DNA from: the human T2T-CHM13v2.0 reference genome, Homo sapiens
DNA length: 64,000 nt
Reading direction: 5' to 3' (one strand)
Assembly: GCF_009914755.1 (NCBI RefSeq)
Contig: NC_060927.1
The translations under genes and the position numbers were made by a program. Positions 46,116 to 63,900 of the stretch are shown one piece after another. Numbering within the stretch: position 1 is the first letter of the stretch; the number at the start of each line of letters is the position of its first letter. The notes beneath the pieces are model-generated. The model was not told the DNA's origin. It was given only the letters and a program-made list of their open reading frames with translations, and did not search any database.

Positions 46116-46239
46116 TTCTCAGGGAAGGTACAGTGAAGATGAGATATATGGAATGGGCATGGTGGGACTATATTAGATAGAGCCTAGGACTGGGTAAGAT
46201 GTTATTCTGATAGAACACCTCCTGCCTATGATTACCATA

Positions 46240-46739
46240 AATATAGCCAGTATTTATCGAGTGCCTACTATGTGTCAGGTCTTATTCTAAGCATTCTATA
46301 TATATTGAGTCATTTAATCTTTATAATAATCCTACATGGCAGATATGCTGTTATTGTTTGTATTTTATAGCTGCATAAGTTGAGGCACAGAGAAGTTAAG
46401 TAATTTGTTCAAGACAATGCAGATAGTAAATTGTAGGGCTGAAGTCTGAGGGATCTGGCTTCCAGTCCATGCAGTTAAATATGCATTTTTAATCTTATGT
46501 TTATTTTCCCGGTCTTTCACTTTCAAATCTGTTCAGATTCTCTGAAACCACTTGGTTAGCTGTCACACCCTTCTATGAGGCAGTTTCCCAGTTACTCATT
46601 CTGACACTTGAATCCCACTTTAGAAATTATGATTTAATCGGTCTAAGTGTGCCTCGGCCATCAGAATTTTTAAAATGCAATCAAGGTTGGGAGAACTGAT
46701 CTATATATCCTGAATTTTCAGTTAACCACCGTTATACTG
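46240..46739 (-). mobile_element. MIR SINE split by the inserted right arm
   Basis: MIR core 'tgaggcacagagaagttaagtaattt'; text stops at 'gcagttaa' (46478) and resumes 'cagttaaccaccgttatactg' (46719-46739). Confidence 0.8.
46477..46711 (-). repeat. Right arm (derived copy) of the 235-bp perfect inverted repeat
   Basis: Exact reverse complement of 45617-45851. Confidence 0.97.
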
Positions 46740-47241
46740 AAGAAGGTGAAGATGAATAAGATTTGTTCAAACAATAGATGTTCTAGGTCTGCTTGTAGTA
46801 TCTACATTTAATAGCTGTTTTCAGTCATCTCCTGCCCTCGAATAATTCTTTGGCTTGCATATTGTGCCTACCCATAAAGCAAATGGTAACAGCAGGTTTG
46901 CCAACATTATTCCTTCATTCTATTTCCAGGAAGAGATCATAGAATTTTTAAGGTGAAGGATCACAGATGATTATCTTTACAGTTTACCTTGGTTACATTC
47001 ACATGTAACCCTAATTTGCTTTTATGGCATAAAGTTATAATCCACCCCCAAAGTACTTTTAGAAATATACTCAAAGTTAATGGGTAACTAACTAACTTTA
47101 ATTCATTGTAGTAATACTACAATGAATTGTAAAGGGAGAAACTATCCAAGTCTAAATGTATTTTAAATGAAGAAAATAATACAGATTAATTTCTTTGTTG
47201 ACAGTGGAATTAAATTGGAAATAATTAAAAATAAAATAACT

Positions 47242-47345
47242 AGGAATCCTCCAAATATGTGGAAATTAAAATACCCAGGAATCCTCCAAATATTTGAAAA
47301 TTAAAATACACAAGAAACCCCCAAATATTTGAAAATTAAAATACC
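47242..47345. repeat. 3 x 35-bp tandem repeat in an L1-like fragment
   Basis: aggaatcctccaaatatgtggaaattaaaataccc repeated three times with a few changes. Confidence 0.85.
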
Positions 47346-47682
47346 TAATATCAACAACATGTGTGATAGCTTAATCAGCACTGGCTGATGTGCCAGGAGT
47401 TCTGAAGGATTTTAGGAGCATTCCATAACTAGGAAAGGATGGAGTATGGAAGCCCATCTTTATAATTAAAACAACCTGCTAACTTCTATTTCTGGCTGAG
47501 TTTGAATAATTGTACCATACTGACTTTCCACCAAAAACAACTAGAAAACCAGACAAAATATGTAAAACAGGTGTTTCAGACATTGGACAGACAGCAGCAC
47601 ACTACTGTTACCCCAAAAAAAGAAAAATAAGACAAATTCTATGATTTCCCCATCTTTCCGTCTGAAGGCACTTTCTGGAAAG

Positions 47683-47685
<3 letters not shown>

Positions 47686-47729
<44 letters not shown>
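47686..47729. repeat. (TG)n microsatellite within an old L1M 5' fragment
   Basis: Direct reading. Confidence 0.95.
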
Positions 47730-47730
<1 letters not shown>

Positions 47731-48226
47731 TTGGGGGTGGAGGTTGTGAGAGCCAAGCAGAATATAGTGCATTTACTGAGTTGAGAAGATAGAGATGGAG
47801 TTCAGATGACTGAGTCGACGAGAATTTGCAGGGCAGAGTGCTGGAGAGGAAGGAGCTATGTGGAGAAGATTCTCCTTGATGCTATTGCAAAATGCTAATC
47901 TGTACTAATCTGGAAATGCCTAAGTAAAATGGTATGAGGCCAAGCAAAAACTACTTGGGAGTTGCCACTTGAATATTCCCCAGATTTACACAGGACTGAG
48001 AGATGTTCCAGTTCTGACCAGCCAGATTGGAAACACATAAATGAACATATGGGGTGTTCAATAAAGATCCTTGAAGAGTCAACCTAACTCATAGTGATAA
48101 AATCTGGAGTAAAAGGATATACTAAACTTGTCCCAATAAAGGTTAGAAACAAGCCTCAGAATGATAAAGCTGAACCACAAGTTATTTGAGTGCCTACCTA
48201 CAAAGTTCAACACTTAAAGACATCGA

Positions 48227-48529
<303 letters not shown>

Positions 48530-49170
48530 AAAGACATTGAAACCAAGAATGAATTATCAACTTTTCATCAGAATCAATGCAAGTCAGAAAGCAATAGAAT
48601 AACATTTAAAAAGTACTGGGCAGTGCAGGTAGGGGACCAACAAAACACTGTCAATTTAAAAATCTATATCCAGTGAAAATATCCTTAATAAATGAAAGCA
48701 AAATAAAAACGTTTTAAGTCAAGCAAAATGTTATCTACTTTATTACCTGAAGACCGGCACAACAAGAAATGTTAAAGGAGATTCCTCAGGGAAAAAGAAA
48801 ATGATGCCAGATGGATAACTCAGATTTATACAAAGGAATGAAGAGTGCCAGTAATTGTAAATATGTAGGTAAATGTATGAAACATATTTTTTACTTTAAA
48901 ACAATTCTTGAAAAGATAATCTACTTTTTAATAAAATAATAGAATTAGCAATAATTGAAGGCAACTGCAGAGTCAATGTAAAAACTTGCTATACCCATGT
49001 CTAACAAAACACATTCTATAAGGTTTTAGGAGGTTTTGATTTCTTTGATACTTTACACTTTGAATTATTTCTCTGGAGGTGTATGGTATAATAGAGGGGT
49101 TTATAATCAAATGTGGGGATCTCTCTGTTCTTGGTATTTTTATTACTTCTCTTTAAGTATTTGTTTAATC

Positions 49171-49691
<521 letters not shown>

Positions 49692-52600
49692 AACCTCATT
49701 ATAGATACTGTGATGAATTTTATTAGATAAAAGAGGGGCATAAAGGAGTGGAAGAATCAGAGGAGATTAATATTCTTTAAAGATTCCATAGGTGGTTATT
49801 TTACATTCTGTATCTTATATTTAAAATTTCTGATGTCACTGGAGGAATCTAAAGCTGTTTTTCATGGTTTCTTCTGACTTTTATACATGGTAGCCTCTTA
49901 TGTACTTGGTAAGTTTTGATTGTGAGCTCTACTTAATATGTAGTCATTTGGGGTCTAGATTGAAGGTATTATATTAATTACATTATATTAATATATTATG
50001 TTAATATATTTTCAATGAGAATTTGCATTTTCTTCTGCCTGGCACCAGGGCGTGTAAAGAATCTGAGACCATTTTATTTTTGTCACTTTGAGTTTTTACC
50101 AACTGTGGTGTTGGTAAACCCTAGAGAGAGTAGGTTTATAATGGCAAAAACCCAGAGGAGATTTTTCATTAATATTTTTACTGTTATCATCTTCATCATA
50201 AATCTTTTCCATCTAGAGCCCTGGAAAGTGTGTTACTTACCTCTACTCCTTACTGTTAGATGAAATTTTTCCATCTACTCCTTCAATAAGTGAAATCAAG
50301 TTCCAGAGAACCATTTTGCACAGTCTCAAAGCCTAGACTTCTGATTCTCATGTGACTGCTAACTTTCTCATTCTCCAGACAACTTTATCGGTAATAATTT
50401 GGGAGTGTCAATTTACCTGACTCTCTTGTGTATCTCTCTGTTACTGCTGAACATATGCACACATGGAATACTAGTGTAATTTGTTAGGTCTTCTTAAACT
50501 CTGATACTATTAAAATGATAAACCCTCTTACAAAAAATATTCATATGTCATATATATACAATTGCATAAAATCACAGAAGATGTATAGGTTTTCTGAAGA
50601 TAATATCTGAACTGTTTAGAGTCATGTTTTGAGAACTTAATTATTAGACAATTTAAAGTTCAAGTGAGCTATTTTGGTTAAAATAAATTTCAAAATTAAA
50701 ATTCAGTACAAGAATTGTAATTTATGAGTATTGTTGCATAGAAGACTATACTAGTTCCTTAAGGTATAAATGGGATTTTGTGGATATGTTGGGATGGGAG
50801 AAATATAAATGATGATTAGATGTTTTCCACTAATAACTGGAAGTGGCATTACTGGCAATAAGCAAAATATGCTTTGGTTGCCTTGCTAATTATGTGGTAT
50901 TTCCTGCTCTAGATAAATTGATGGTTTGAAAGAATAGTGATCAAGGAAAAGTTTATGCAATGTGGTTCTTTTATCCATTTTTCCTCTATTGATGTCTCTG
51001 TGAATTGTTTCTTTTTAACACTGGGTACTTGGGATTATGTATAGGTGAAGTATGGTTTTATACAAGCATCTTAAGTCAAAAGAGAAGTATTTCAATGGAC
51101 TCAAAATAAGTCCAATAAAATATTTAGGACTGTGTATTATATGTTTGAATAATCTATAAGCATTTTCTCTGTTAAACGTTTTCTTGAGGTCCCTGTCAAT
51201 ATAAATATTTTAAGTGCCATTAATTAGATGAACATTTCAAAATGTCTTGATGATATAGATTTGGAGACAAGATGAATGACTAGACATGGAAAGGAAGAGC
51301 TTCTCCCATGGAAGGACCGGACCATCAAGAAGACTGGTGCAATACAAACAGATCTTTGGAAAGAAGGCATTGAGAGTGAGTAGAGAGGGGACACAGACCC
51401 CACATTGAAAAGAGAGGAAGCTAGAAACCCTCCACAAAGTTGCTGAGCATCAGGACTCACTCCTGGCCAGTTTCTGGGGAAGGAATGAGTGAAAGAGGTG
51501 TGGAGTAGCCCACTCTCATCATGGACCTCTGGAATCCTAGCTGCAGGAGACCCCATGACCCCCATAGACATTTGAGTTGACAGGGAGAAATGCACAGAGA
51601 GTTGGCAGAGACAGAACTCCAGCCTGCATGGAGCCCAGAGGGTTTGGCACAGGGAATGGCTGCAGTAGATCATAGCCGTAAGTGCCCAAGCCCCAAGACT
51701 CACTATACTTCTCTTGTTGGCTTTAGCCTTTTTTTTGGCTACCATAATTGGACAAAACAGAGGTATTTTTCATGTGGGACAGGCCAATCTGATCTGAGTA
51801 ACCCTCTGTCTTCTGGCTTATCCCAGAGTCTGCCGGGCCACAAGAACTTGCAGCATGGCCTTGGCTGCTCAGTTGAGTCACTTGCCAGCAGCCACTGCCA
51901 TAGCCTTTTTGCTGGCAGACCCTGCCTATCAGAGAGCTTTTGCAGGCTACCTCCCTCATGCACCTGCCCACAGCCCTTCCCCAACTTCTCTGTGGCATGT
52001 GCTCACTCACAGCTTCCCCCTACTGCTTTATTGATGCATGCTTGCCCACAGCCTCCTCCTGCTGCTTTGCTGACACATGCACACACTAACTCCACCACTG
52101 TCCCACTGCTGCTGCACATGTGTGCATGGGGACCCCAACTGCTCTGCTGCCACCCACTGAAGTGCGTTTGCCAGCAGCCCCCCATCACAGTATTGTTGCC
52201 AGCAGACTGGGAACACCTTGTCCCCTCCAGCATGGCAGATGCTTAACCTTATGGGGCAAAACAAAAACAAAAACAAAAAAACAAAAAACAAACCAAAAAC
52301 AAACAAAAAAACTGTGAGCCTAGTCCTAGTCCCCAGAGTTAGAGTGCTCAGCTCAACAGCACAGGAGTATTGAGCTGAGCCTTCAGAGTTGAGATCTGAA
52401 ATTATCCAGAAATAAAGCCAATCAACTAAACTCAACCTTATAACATAGTAAAATCCTCAAGAGCACCAAATAATATAAAATCAAAAAGCCCTATCCAAAG
52501 GACAGCAATTTGAAACACCAAAGGAACATCAGTTCACACAGACAAGAAAGAACCAGCACAATAACTCTTCAACTCTAAAAGCTAGAGTGTCTTCTTACCT

Positions 52601-52850
52601 CCAAATGACTGCAATAGCTCCCCAAGAATTGTTCCTAACCAGACTGAAATGGCTGAAATGACAGAAATAGAATTCAGAATCTGGATGGCAACAAAGATAA
52701 TCAAGATTCAGGAGAAAGTTGCAACCCAATCCAAGGAATCTAAGAAATCCAGTAAAATTATACAAGAACTGAAAGACAAAAATAATCCTTTTAAGAAAGT
52801 GCCAAACTGATCTTCTGAAACTGAAAAACTCACTGCAAGAATTTCATAAT

Positions 52851-55262
<2,412 letters not shown>

Positions 55263-57170
55263 AATTTCTTAATACAATCAGAAGCATCAACAGCAGAATA
55301 GGTCAAGCTGAGGAAAGAATTTCAGGACTTGAAGACTGGCTCATTTAATCAACTCAGATAAAAATAAAGAGAAAAGAATTAAAAAAGGATGGAAACCTCC
55401 AAGAAATATGGTATTATGTAAAGAGACTAAACCTATAATGCATTTGCGTCCCAGAAAGAGAGAGAGAGAGTAAGCAACTTGAAAAATGTATTTGAGTATA
55501 TTGTCCATGAAAATTTCACTAAACTTGCTAGAGTGGTTGACATGAAAGTTCAGGAAATTCAGAGAACCCCATTAAGATAACATAAAAGATGAACATATCC
55601 AAGACACACAGTCATCAGATTCTTCCAGGTCAACATGAAAGGAAAAATATTAAAGACAGCTTGAGAGAAGGGGCAGGTCATGTACAAAAGGAACCCCATC
55701 AGACTAACAGTGGACTTTTCAGCAGAAACCTTACAGACCAGAAGTTATTGGGGACCTATGTTCAGCATCCTTAAAGAAAAGAAATTCTAACCAAGAATTC
55801 CATATTCAGCCAAATTAAGTTTCATAAGCAAAGGAGAAATAAAGATCTTTTTCAGATAAGAAAATGATAATGCAAATTATTACCAGCAGCCCTGCCTTAC
55901 AAGAGGTCCTTAAGGGAGTGCTAAACATGAAAACAAAAAAACATTACCTGACACCACAAAAACATACTTAAGTTCATAGCCCACTCACATAATAAAGAAA
56001 CTATACAATCAAGTCTTCATTACAACCTGCCAACAACACAATGTCATGATAAAATCCTCACATATCAATATTAACCTTGAATGTAAATCAGATAATGCCC
56101 CAATTAAAAGCCACAGAGTGGCAAGTTGGATAAAGAAGCAAGATCCACCTGTAGGCTGTCTTCAGGAGACCCATAGGCTCAAAGTTAAGGAATAAAAAAG
56201 GTCTATTAAGCAAACAGAGAAAAAAGAGCCAGGGTTGCTATTCTAATTTCAGACAAAACAAACTAAACCAACAATAATTAAAAAGGACAAAGAAGGGCCT
56301 TACACAATAATAAAGGGTTCAATCCAACAAGAAGACTTACCTATGTTAAATACATATGCACTCAACACTGAAGCACTTAATTCATAAAACAAGTTCTTAG
56401 AGACCTATGAAGAAACTTAGATAGCCACACAATATTACTACCACTAATAATAGATAACCACACACAGTAGACTTCAACACCATATGGAGAGTATTAGAGA
56501 GATCATTAAGGCGGAAAACTCACAAAGATATTCAGAATCTAAACTCAACACTTGACAAAGTGGACCTAACAGACATCTACAGAACACCACCCAACAACAA
56601 AATATATATTTTCCTCATCTGCACATGCATATACTCTAAGATCAAACACATACTTAGCAATAAAGCAATTCACAACAAACTAAAAAAAAACTCAAATCAT
56701 ACCAACCACACTCTTGGACTACAGTGCAATGGAAATAGAAATCAATACCAAGAAGATTTCTAAAAACTATACAATTACGTGGAAATTAAATAACTTGCTC
56801 TTTAATGACTTCTGGGTAAATAATGAAATTAAGGCAGAAATCAAGAAATTCTTTGAAATGAAGGAAAACAGAGATACAACATGCCATAGTCTCTGGGACA
56901 GAGCTAAAGCAGTGTCAAGAGGAAAGTTTATAAAGCTAAAAACTCACATCAAAAAGCAAGATCTCAAATTAACAATTTAACATCACACCTAAAGGAACTA
57001 AAAAAATAAGGACAAACTAACCCCAAAGCTAGCATAAGACAAAACCAAACCAAAATCAGAGGTGAACTGATGAAAATTGAGACACAAAAAACCATACAAA
57101 ATATTAACAATATCAGAAATTTGTTTTTTGAAAGAATAAATAAGATTGGTAGACTAATAAAGAAAAAAAA

Positions 57171-57507
<337 letters not shown>

Positions 57508-58542
57508 TTACAAAAAAATTATTCCAGTCCTACAAAAATACAAGAAACTCACTGAAACTATTACAAACACTTCTATGCACACAAGCTAGAAAACCTACAA
57601 TAGATAAATTCCTAGAAACATACAACCTCCCAAGACTGAAGCAGAAAGAAATTAAATTCCCAAACATACTAACAATGAGTTCCGAAATTGAAGCAGTAAT
57701 AAAAATATCTACCAACCAGTAAAAGCGCTGAGCCACACGCATTCACAGACAAATTCTAGGATAAATAAATAAATAAAAGTTGCTACCAATCCTATGGAAT
57801 GCATTTCAAAAAAACTCCTCTCCAACTCATCCTGTAAGACCAGCATTATTCTAACACCAAAACTTGGCAGCGACACAACAACAACAACAAAAAACATCAG
57901 GCCAGTATCTCTGATAAATATAGGCAAAACAATACTCAACAAAATACTAGAAAATCAAATCCAGCAGCACATCAAAAAGCTAATGTACCATGATCAAGTA
58001 GGCTTTATTCCTGTAATTCCTGTGATGCAAGGTTTGTTCAACATACAAAATCAGTAAATGTGATTTGGAACTAAAAACACAAGCCACATGAACATTTCAA
58101 TCGATGCAGTTAGAGGCTTTTGACTAAATTCAAGATTCCTTCAGCTAAAAATCCTCAAAAAACTAGGAATCAAAAGAACCTCAAAATAATAAGTCATCTA
58201 TAACAAAATCCACAGCCAACATCACACCCAGTGAGCAAATTTTGGAAACATTCTTCTTGAGAACCAAAACAAGAAAAGGATGCCCACTTTCACTACTCCT
58301 GTTCAACATAGTACTGGAAGTCCCAGTCAGAGGAATCAGGCAAGAGAAAGAAATAAAAGGCATTTAAACAGGAAAAGAAAAAGTGAAATTATCTCTCTTC
58401 ACAGATGGTATAATTCTATACCTAGAAAACACCGTAGTCTCTGCCCAAAGCCTCCTAGAACGATAAACAGCTTCCATAAAGTTTCAGGATACAAAATCGA
58501 TGTACAAAAATTAGTAGCATTTCTATACACTAAGAACGTCCA

Positions 58543-58872
<330 letters not shown>

Positions 58873-60697
58873 TCAAGAATGCTATCCCATTCATAATGGC
58901 CACAAAAAGAGAAAAAGAGTAACATACCTAGGAATACAGCTAACCAGGGAGGTGAAAGATCTCTACAATGAGGATTAGAAAACACTGCTGAAAGAAATCA
59001 GAGACAAAACAAATGGAAAAACATTTCATGCTCATAGACAGGAAGAATTAAGATTGTTAAAATGGTCATACTGCCCAAAGAAATTTACAGAATCAATGTT
59101 ATTCCTGTCAAAATACTAATGTCATTTTTCACAGGATTAGAAAAAGGTATTCTAAAATTCATATGGAACCAAAAAAGAGCCCGAATAGCCAAAGCAATCC
59201 TTAGCAAAAAGAACAAAGCCAGAACCATCACAGTACCTGACTTCAAACTATACTAGAAGGCTACAGTAACAAAACCAGCCTGGTACTAGTACAAAAATAG
59301 ATACATAGACCAATGGAATGGGTTAGAGAACCCAGGAATTAAGCTACACACCTACAGCCATCTGTTCTTCAACAAAGTTGACAATAACAAGGCTTTCTAT
59401 TCGACAAATGGTGCTGGGATAACTGGCTAGCATATGCAGAAGATTGAAACTAGACCCCTTCCTTTCACCATATACAAAAATCAACTTAAGACAGATTAAA
59501 GACTTAAATATAAAACCTAAAACTATAAAAATCCTATAGGAAAACCTAGGAAATACCATTCTGGGCATAGGCTTTGGCAAAGATTTCATGAAGACTCCAA
59601 AAGCAATTGCAATGAAAACAAAAATTGACAAGTGGAACCTGATTAGACAAAAGAGCTTCTGCGCAGCAAAAGAAACTAGCAGTGGAGAAAACAGCCTACA
59701 GAATGGGAGAAAATATTTGAAAACTATGCATCCACTAAAGGTCTAGTATGCAGAATCTATACAGAATTTAAATAACAAGCAAAAGCCAAACAACCCCATT
59801 GGAAAATGGGCAAAGGATATGAACAGACAATTCTCAAAAGAAGATATACATACAGGCAACAAGCATATTAAAAATGTCCAACATCACTAATCATTAGAGA
59901 AATGCAAATCAAAACCACAATGACATACCATCTCAGATCAGTCAGAATGTTCATTATTAAAAAGTGAGAAAACAACAGGTGCCTGGCAAGGCTGTGGAGA
60001 AAAGGGAACACTTATACACTGCTTATGGGACTGTAAATTAGTTCAGCCAGTGTAAAAAGCAGTCTGGAGATTACTCAAATAACTTTAAACAGAGCTACCA
60101 TTCAACCCAGCAATCTCATTTTTGGGTACATACCAAAAGAAATATGAATCATTCCACTAGAAAGATACATGTGCACTTATGTTCATTGTAGTACTTTTTT
60201 TACAATAGCAAAGACATGGAATCAACCCAGATGCTAACCAATGGTGGACTGGATAAAGAATATTTGGTATGTATACACCACGGAATACTATGTAGCCACA
60301 AAAAAGAATGAAATCATGTGCTTTACAGCAAGATGGATGCAACTGGAGGCCGTTATCCTAAGTGAATTAATGCAGGAACACAAAACCAAATACTATGTGT
60401 TCTTGCTTATAAATGGGAGCAAAATATTGAGTACACATGAACACAAAGAAGGGAAGAGTAGAAACCAGGACTTACTTGAGGATGGTGGGTGGGAGGAAGG
60501 TGATGATTAAAAAACCACCTGTTGGGTCTATGCTCAATACCTGGATGATGAAATTGTACACCAAACCTCAGTGACACGTAATTTACTCATGTAAGAAATC
60601 TGCACAAGTACCTTCTTAAGCTAAAATAAAAGTTGGAAGAACAAAATATATTTTACTAGGAGGTATGGACAGTCAAGAAAGTTTCTATAACTATTGT

Positions 60698-60919
60698 CAG
60701 GAGTCAGCAAAGTTTTCCTTAAATGGCTAGAGAGTAAATATTTTAGGCTTTGCTGGCCATGAGTTCTCTGTTGCAAATATTTAACTCTGCCATTGTAGTG
60801 TGGAAGCAGTGATAGACAATATGTAAATAAATAAACATGATTGTGTTCCAATAAAACTTTATTTACACAAACTGGCAGTGGATTGGATTGGCCTGATGGT
60901 TGTAGTTTGCTGATCCCTG
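60698..60919. mobile_element. MER58A hAT-Charlie element, located inside the L1 TSD pair
   Basis: TIRs caggagtcagcaaa ... tttgctgatccctg; typical internal 'gttccaataaaactttatttac'. Confidence 0.85.
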
Positions 60920-63900
60920 GTCTAAGTAATTACATGAGTAGTAACAATAGAGTTTAATAATTAGGGCGAGTACAGAGTGCTATGAAACACAGATCACTTT
61001 TGTTAGAAGGGTGATCAGAGAGGAGACACCTGAGGAAGCTTAAAAAAAACACAAAATGTCTTGATGATAGATTTTTAAAAGGGATGAAGTTTTATGGTTA
61101 AGTGAATTGGCAATTTATTTGGTTAGACTGAGTGAAATAGGTTTCCTGACAGCATAATTTTTCAAAAAGTCTAAAATGCAAATATATTATTATATTTCTA
61201 AAAGACTGTATAGCAAACTGCATTTTCTAGTAATTTAAACATCACATCTTTTTCTCTTGGTGCTTCTTGTTGGACTATACATTTGGAACATATCTGTGTC
61301 TCCTTGTACTACTTTTATTTCTATTTAAGTGTGAAATGAATTTAATACATATGTATGCCATAAACATTTATTTTTTTCTCATCATTGAATGTATAGTAAT
61401 TTAAATAATTAGTGGTTAAAATAGAAACTATATACACAGAGTAAAAGCAGAATAAGTTAACTTTTATTATAAATCTAAATTATCAGAATGGTTACTGTAC
61501 TAAGCAAATGTTGTCATCCTGTACCTGCTCTTTGCTGTTCATCATAAAAGTCCTGAAACAAATTTATATGTGACAGATACTGGGACCAAAATGCTCAGTG
61601 CCAAATTCCAAAATTTGGAATTAAAACCTACAGGTAAATGTGAACAACACGTTTTCCTTCATGGGTTGGACTGGATAGTGAAAACTGAAGTTTGAGATGC
61701 TAATTATCCCTTTTAATACTGTATCTTCTTCAGTAATAATGTGTAATTTATTATTTGTGAAAGAATTATAAAGTTTAATAAAACTCAGCAATTAAAATTA
61801 AATGAGATTAAATATTTTAGTACACATTGCAAAAATATTTGAAAAAACTGTGACCTTTATGCTGGCATTTGCAGTCATCTAGTGGTGGCCTTTTGAATAT
61901 CTTAATTGGTTTAGTATATGGTACTGTGTGTATTAGTGTTTGGAACACTTCAACCAACTTTCCACCACTGAGAGTGTTTATCTAGAATCTTGCACAGATG
62001 AGTATGTTTTATGGCCATAATATTACATCTTGTAAATAATAAATTTTAAAAGCAAAAATACAGCACTTGAGTAGTGACTGGTAAAGAGGACTGACACTTT
62101 CCGCCTCCATGTCTCTGTGTCTGGGCTGAAGAGGAAGGTTGTCTTTCTGTTTGCAGCCTTCTGTAACTGTCTCCTTGCTCAAAGCTCCATCAAGTCTCCT
62201 TTGGTCTTCATAAATGATACTCTTTTGGGATTCATGGGTGTTATTTAGCACACTACTGCAGTTTGCTTGCCTTCCTTATTTACTAGAAAACTATGAATTA
62301 CAAACATGGTTGGTATTGTAGCTTTAATGAAGAGAAAATGAAAATAATCCAGGGATATTTATCTCTGCAAAATCACTTTTTTGGCTTATTTCAGTTTACT
62401 CTATGATTCTGTCTATGGATTTTTGCTAGGAAGAAAGTCAGTAATGTTTTTACCTTTGGAAGAATACCAGTTAACTAGTAATCTTCAGAACTCTGATACT
62501 GGTAAGGCTTAAGTCCTCCAGACAGCACCTAATCCCAGGTCCAGCAGCTCTGACTGTAACTGTCAGTTTGCCATTTCATTCATCCTCATATATAATCTAG
62601 AATACACACATGCGTGTCAAATACATCCTGTAGTTTTACCTTAAATTTTAAAATTAAATTGTCTAATGAATAGCCTTTGTAAAGGCACAAAGTTAGGACT
62701 CCAATGTAGACAATGGGCTGGAAGTCCCACTTAAAACTATTTTAGCATACATATTTAATACATATTATATGTTATAATCATATCTCAAATTATTTTTCTC
62801 ATACATTTTCTAGTATCCAAATACGTAGAAAGGAATGGAGTATGATATTAAAAATTATTTTCTTTCTTATCTAGCATGTTCAGTTAACAATGTATAACCA
62901 AAAGAGCTAAAACAAAAGGCTATATGTACCTTTTCTGTTAATTTTTTTTGCTTTATTACAAATAAAAAGAGAATACCTGTTTTTAGTTGTTATTTTCCTA
63001 ATACAGTGGTATTTCCCAAGTCTATGAATAGCTCCTTGTAAAGATGGTTTGCCTCCCAGTGACTTCACATTAATAGCTAACAAAATTGTCATTCAATTTT
63101 CCCTCACAACTGTGAAATAAAGGTATAAAAATACAAGTTAAATTATTTCTCACAGTAATGTACTGTGTGTATCTTTGGAAAATGAAGGCTCTGTCTAGAA
63201 CTGCTTGTAAATATATAACACTACAACCATAAAAATGCATTATTTGTAGAAAACTATTATTAAATCAAATTGTTCCAAATATTGTTTTCAATAAATGCTA
63301 CTTAGCTAAAACTCCACCTCACTGACTGAAATCACATCAGTGGTAATGGAAGGGAAGAGTTGCAAACTACATCTTCAGCATCAACCCCCAGGAAGGTCAA
63401 GAGCCCAACCTTGGATTAACAGGAGGAGGCCTTCATAACTTACGAGACTCAAGAAAACACGCAAGTTGCCTGACGGTCCTAACTGTGATGAAAATCATCT
63501 ACTGAAGTGGATATTATTGTAAATCTTTGTCTACATGACAGATTTACATCTCCTTACCTCCATAAAATTCACCGTTAATGGCACAACACCTATTAAGCTG
63601 AGATATTTCTAGGTGTAGTACGTCATGGTATTTTCCTGTACAGTTTACATTATTCTTGGCATTTCACTGCCTGTCTCATGAGATGGCCAAGAAGGAAAAT
63701 ATAGTAACTTGCACTCACTTCTCAAGGACAAAATGCCATATCTTACCAGAGGAAACATTCAGAAAGTGAAAAGCAAACACTGAGAATCATAAGTTTGAAA
63801 AATGTGTCGTGTGAGAAATCTGGGGGCTTAGGGGAAAAACATTTTGTTTCATGGAATACTATTTTAATACATTACCAACTTTCCAGTTTTTAGGTTTTTC

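Noticed and set aside
45617-46711. The inverted repeats as TIRs of a novel DNA transposon
   Set aside because: No TSD flanks the outer ends; the duplicated 7-mer flanks only the right arm, which splits a MIR, so one arm is an inserted copy
51590-52246. 218-aa ORF and overlapping antisense ORFs
   Set aside because: Lie in the GC-richer L1 5' UTR where stops are scarce; no recognisable protein
61872-61890. CTCF-like motif (minus strand ccactagatgac)
   Set aside because: Mismatch in the core GGC; insufficient without ChIP data
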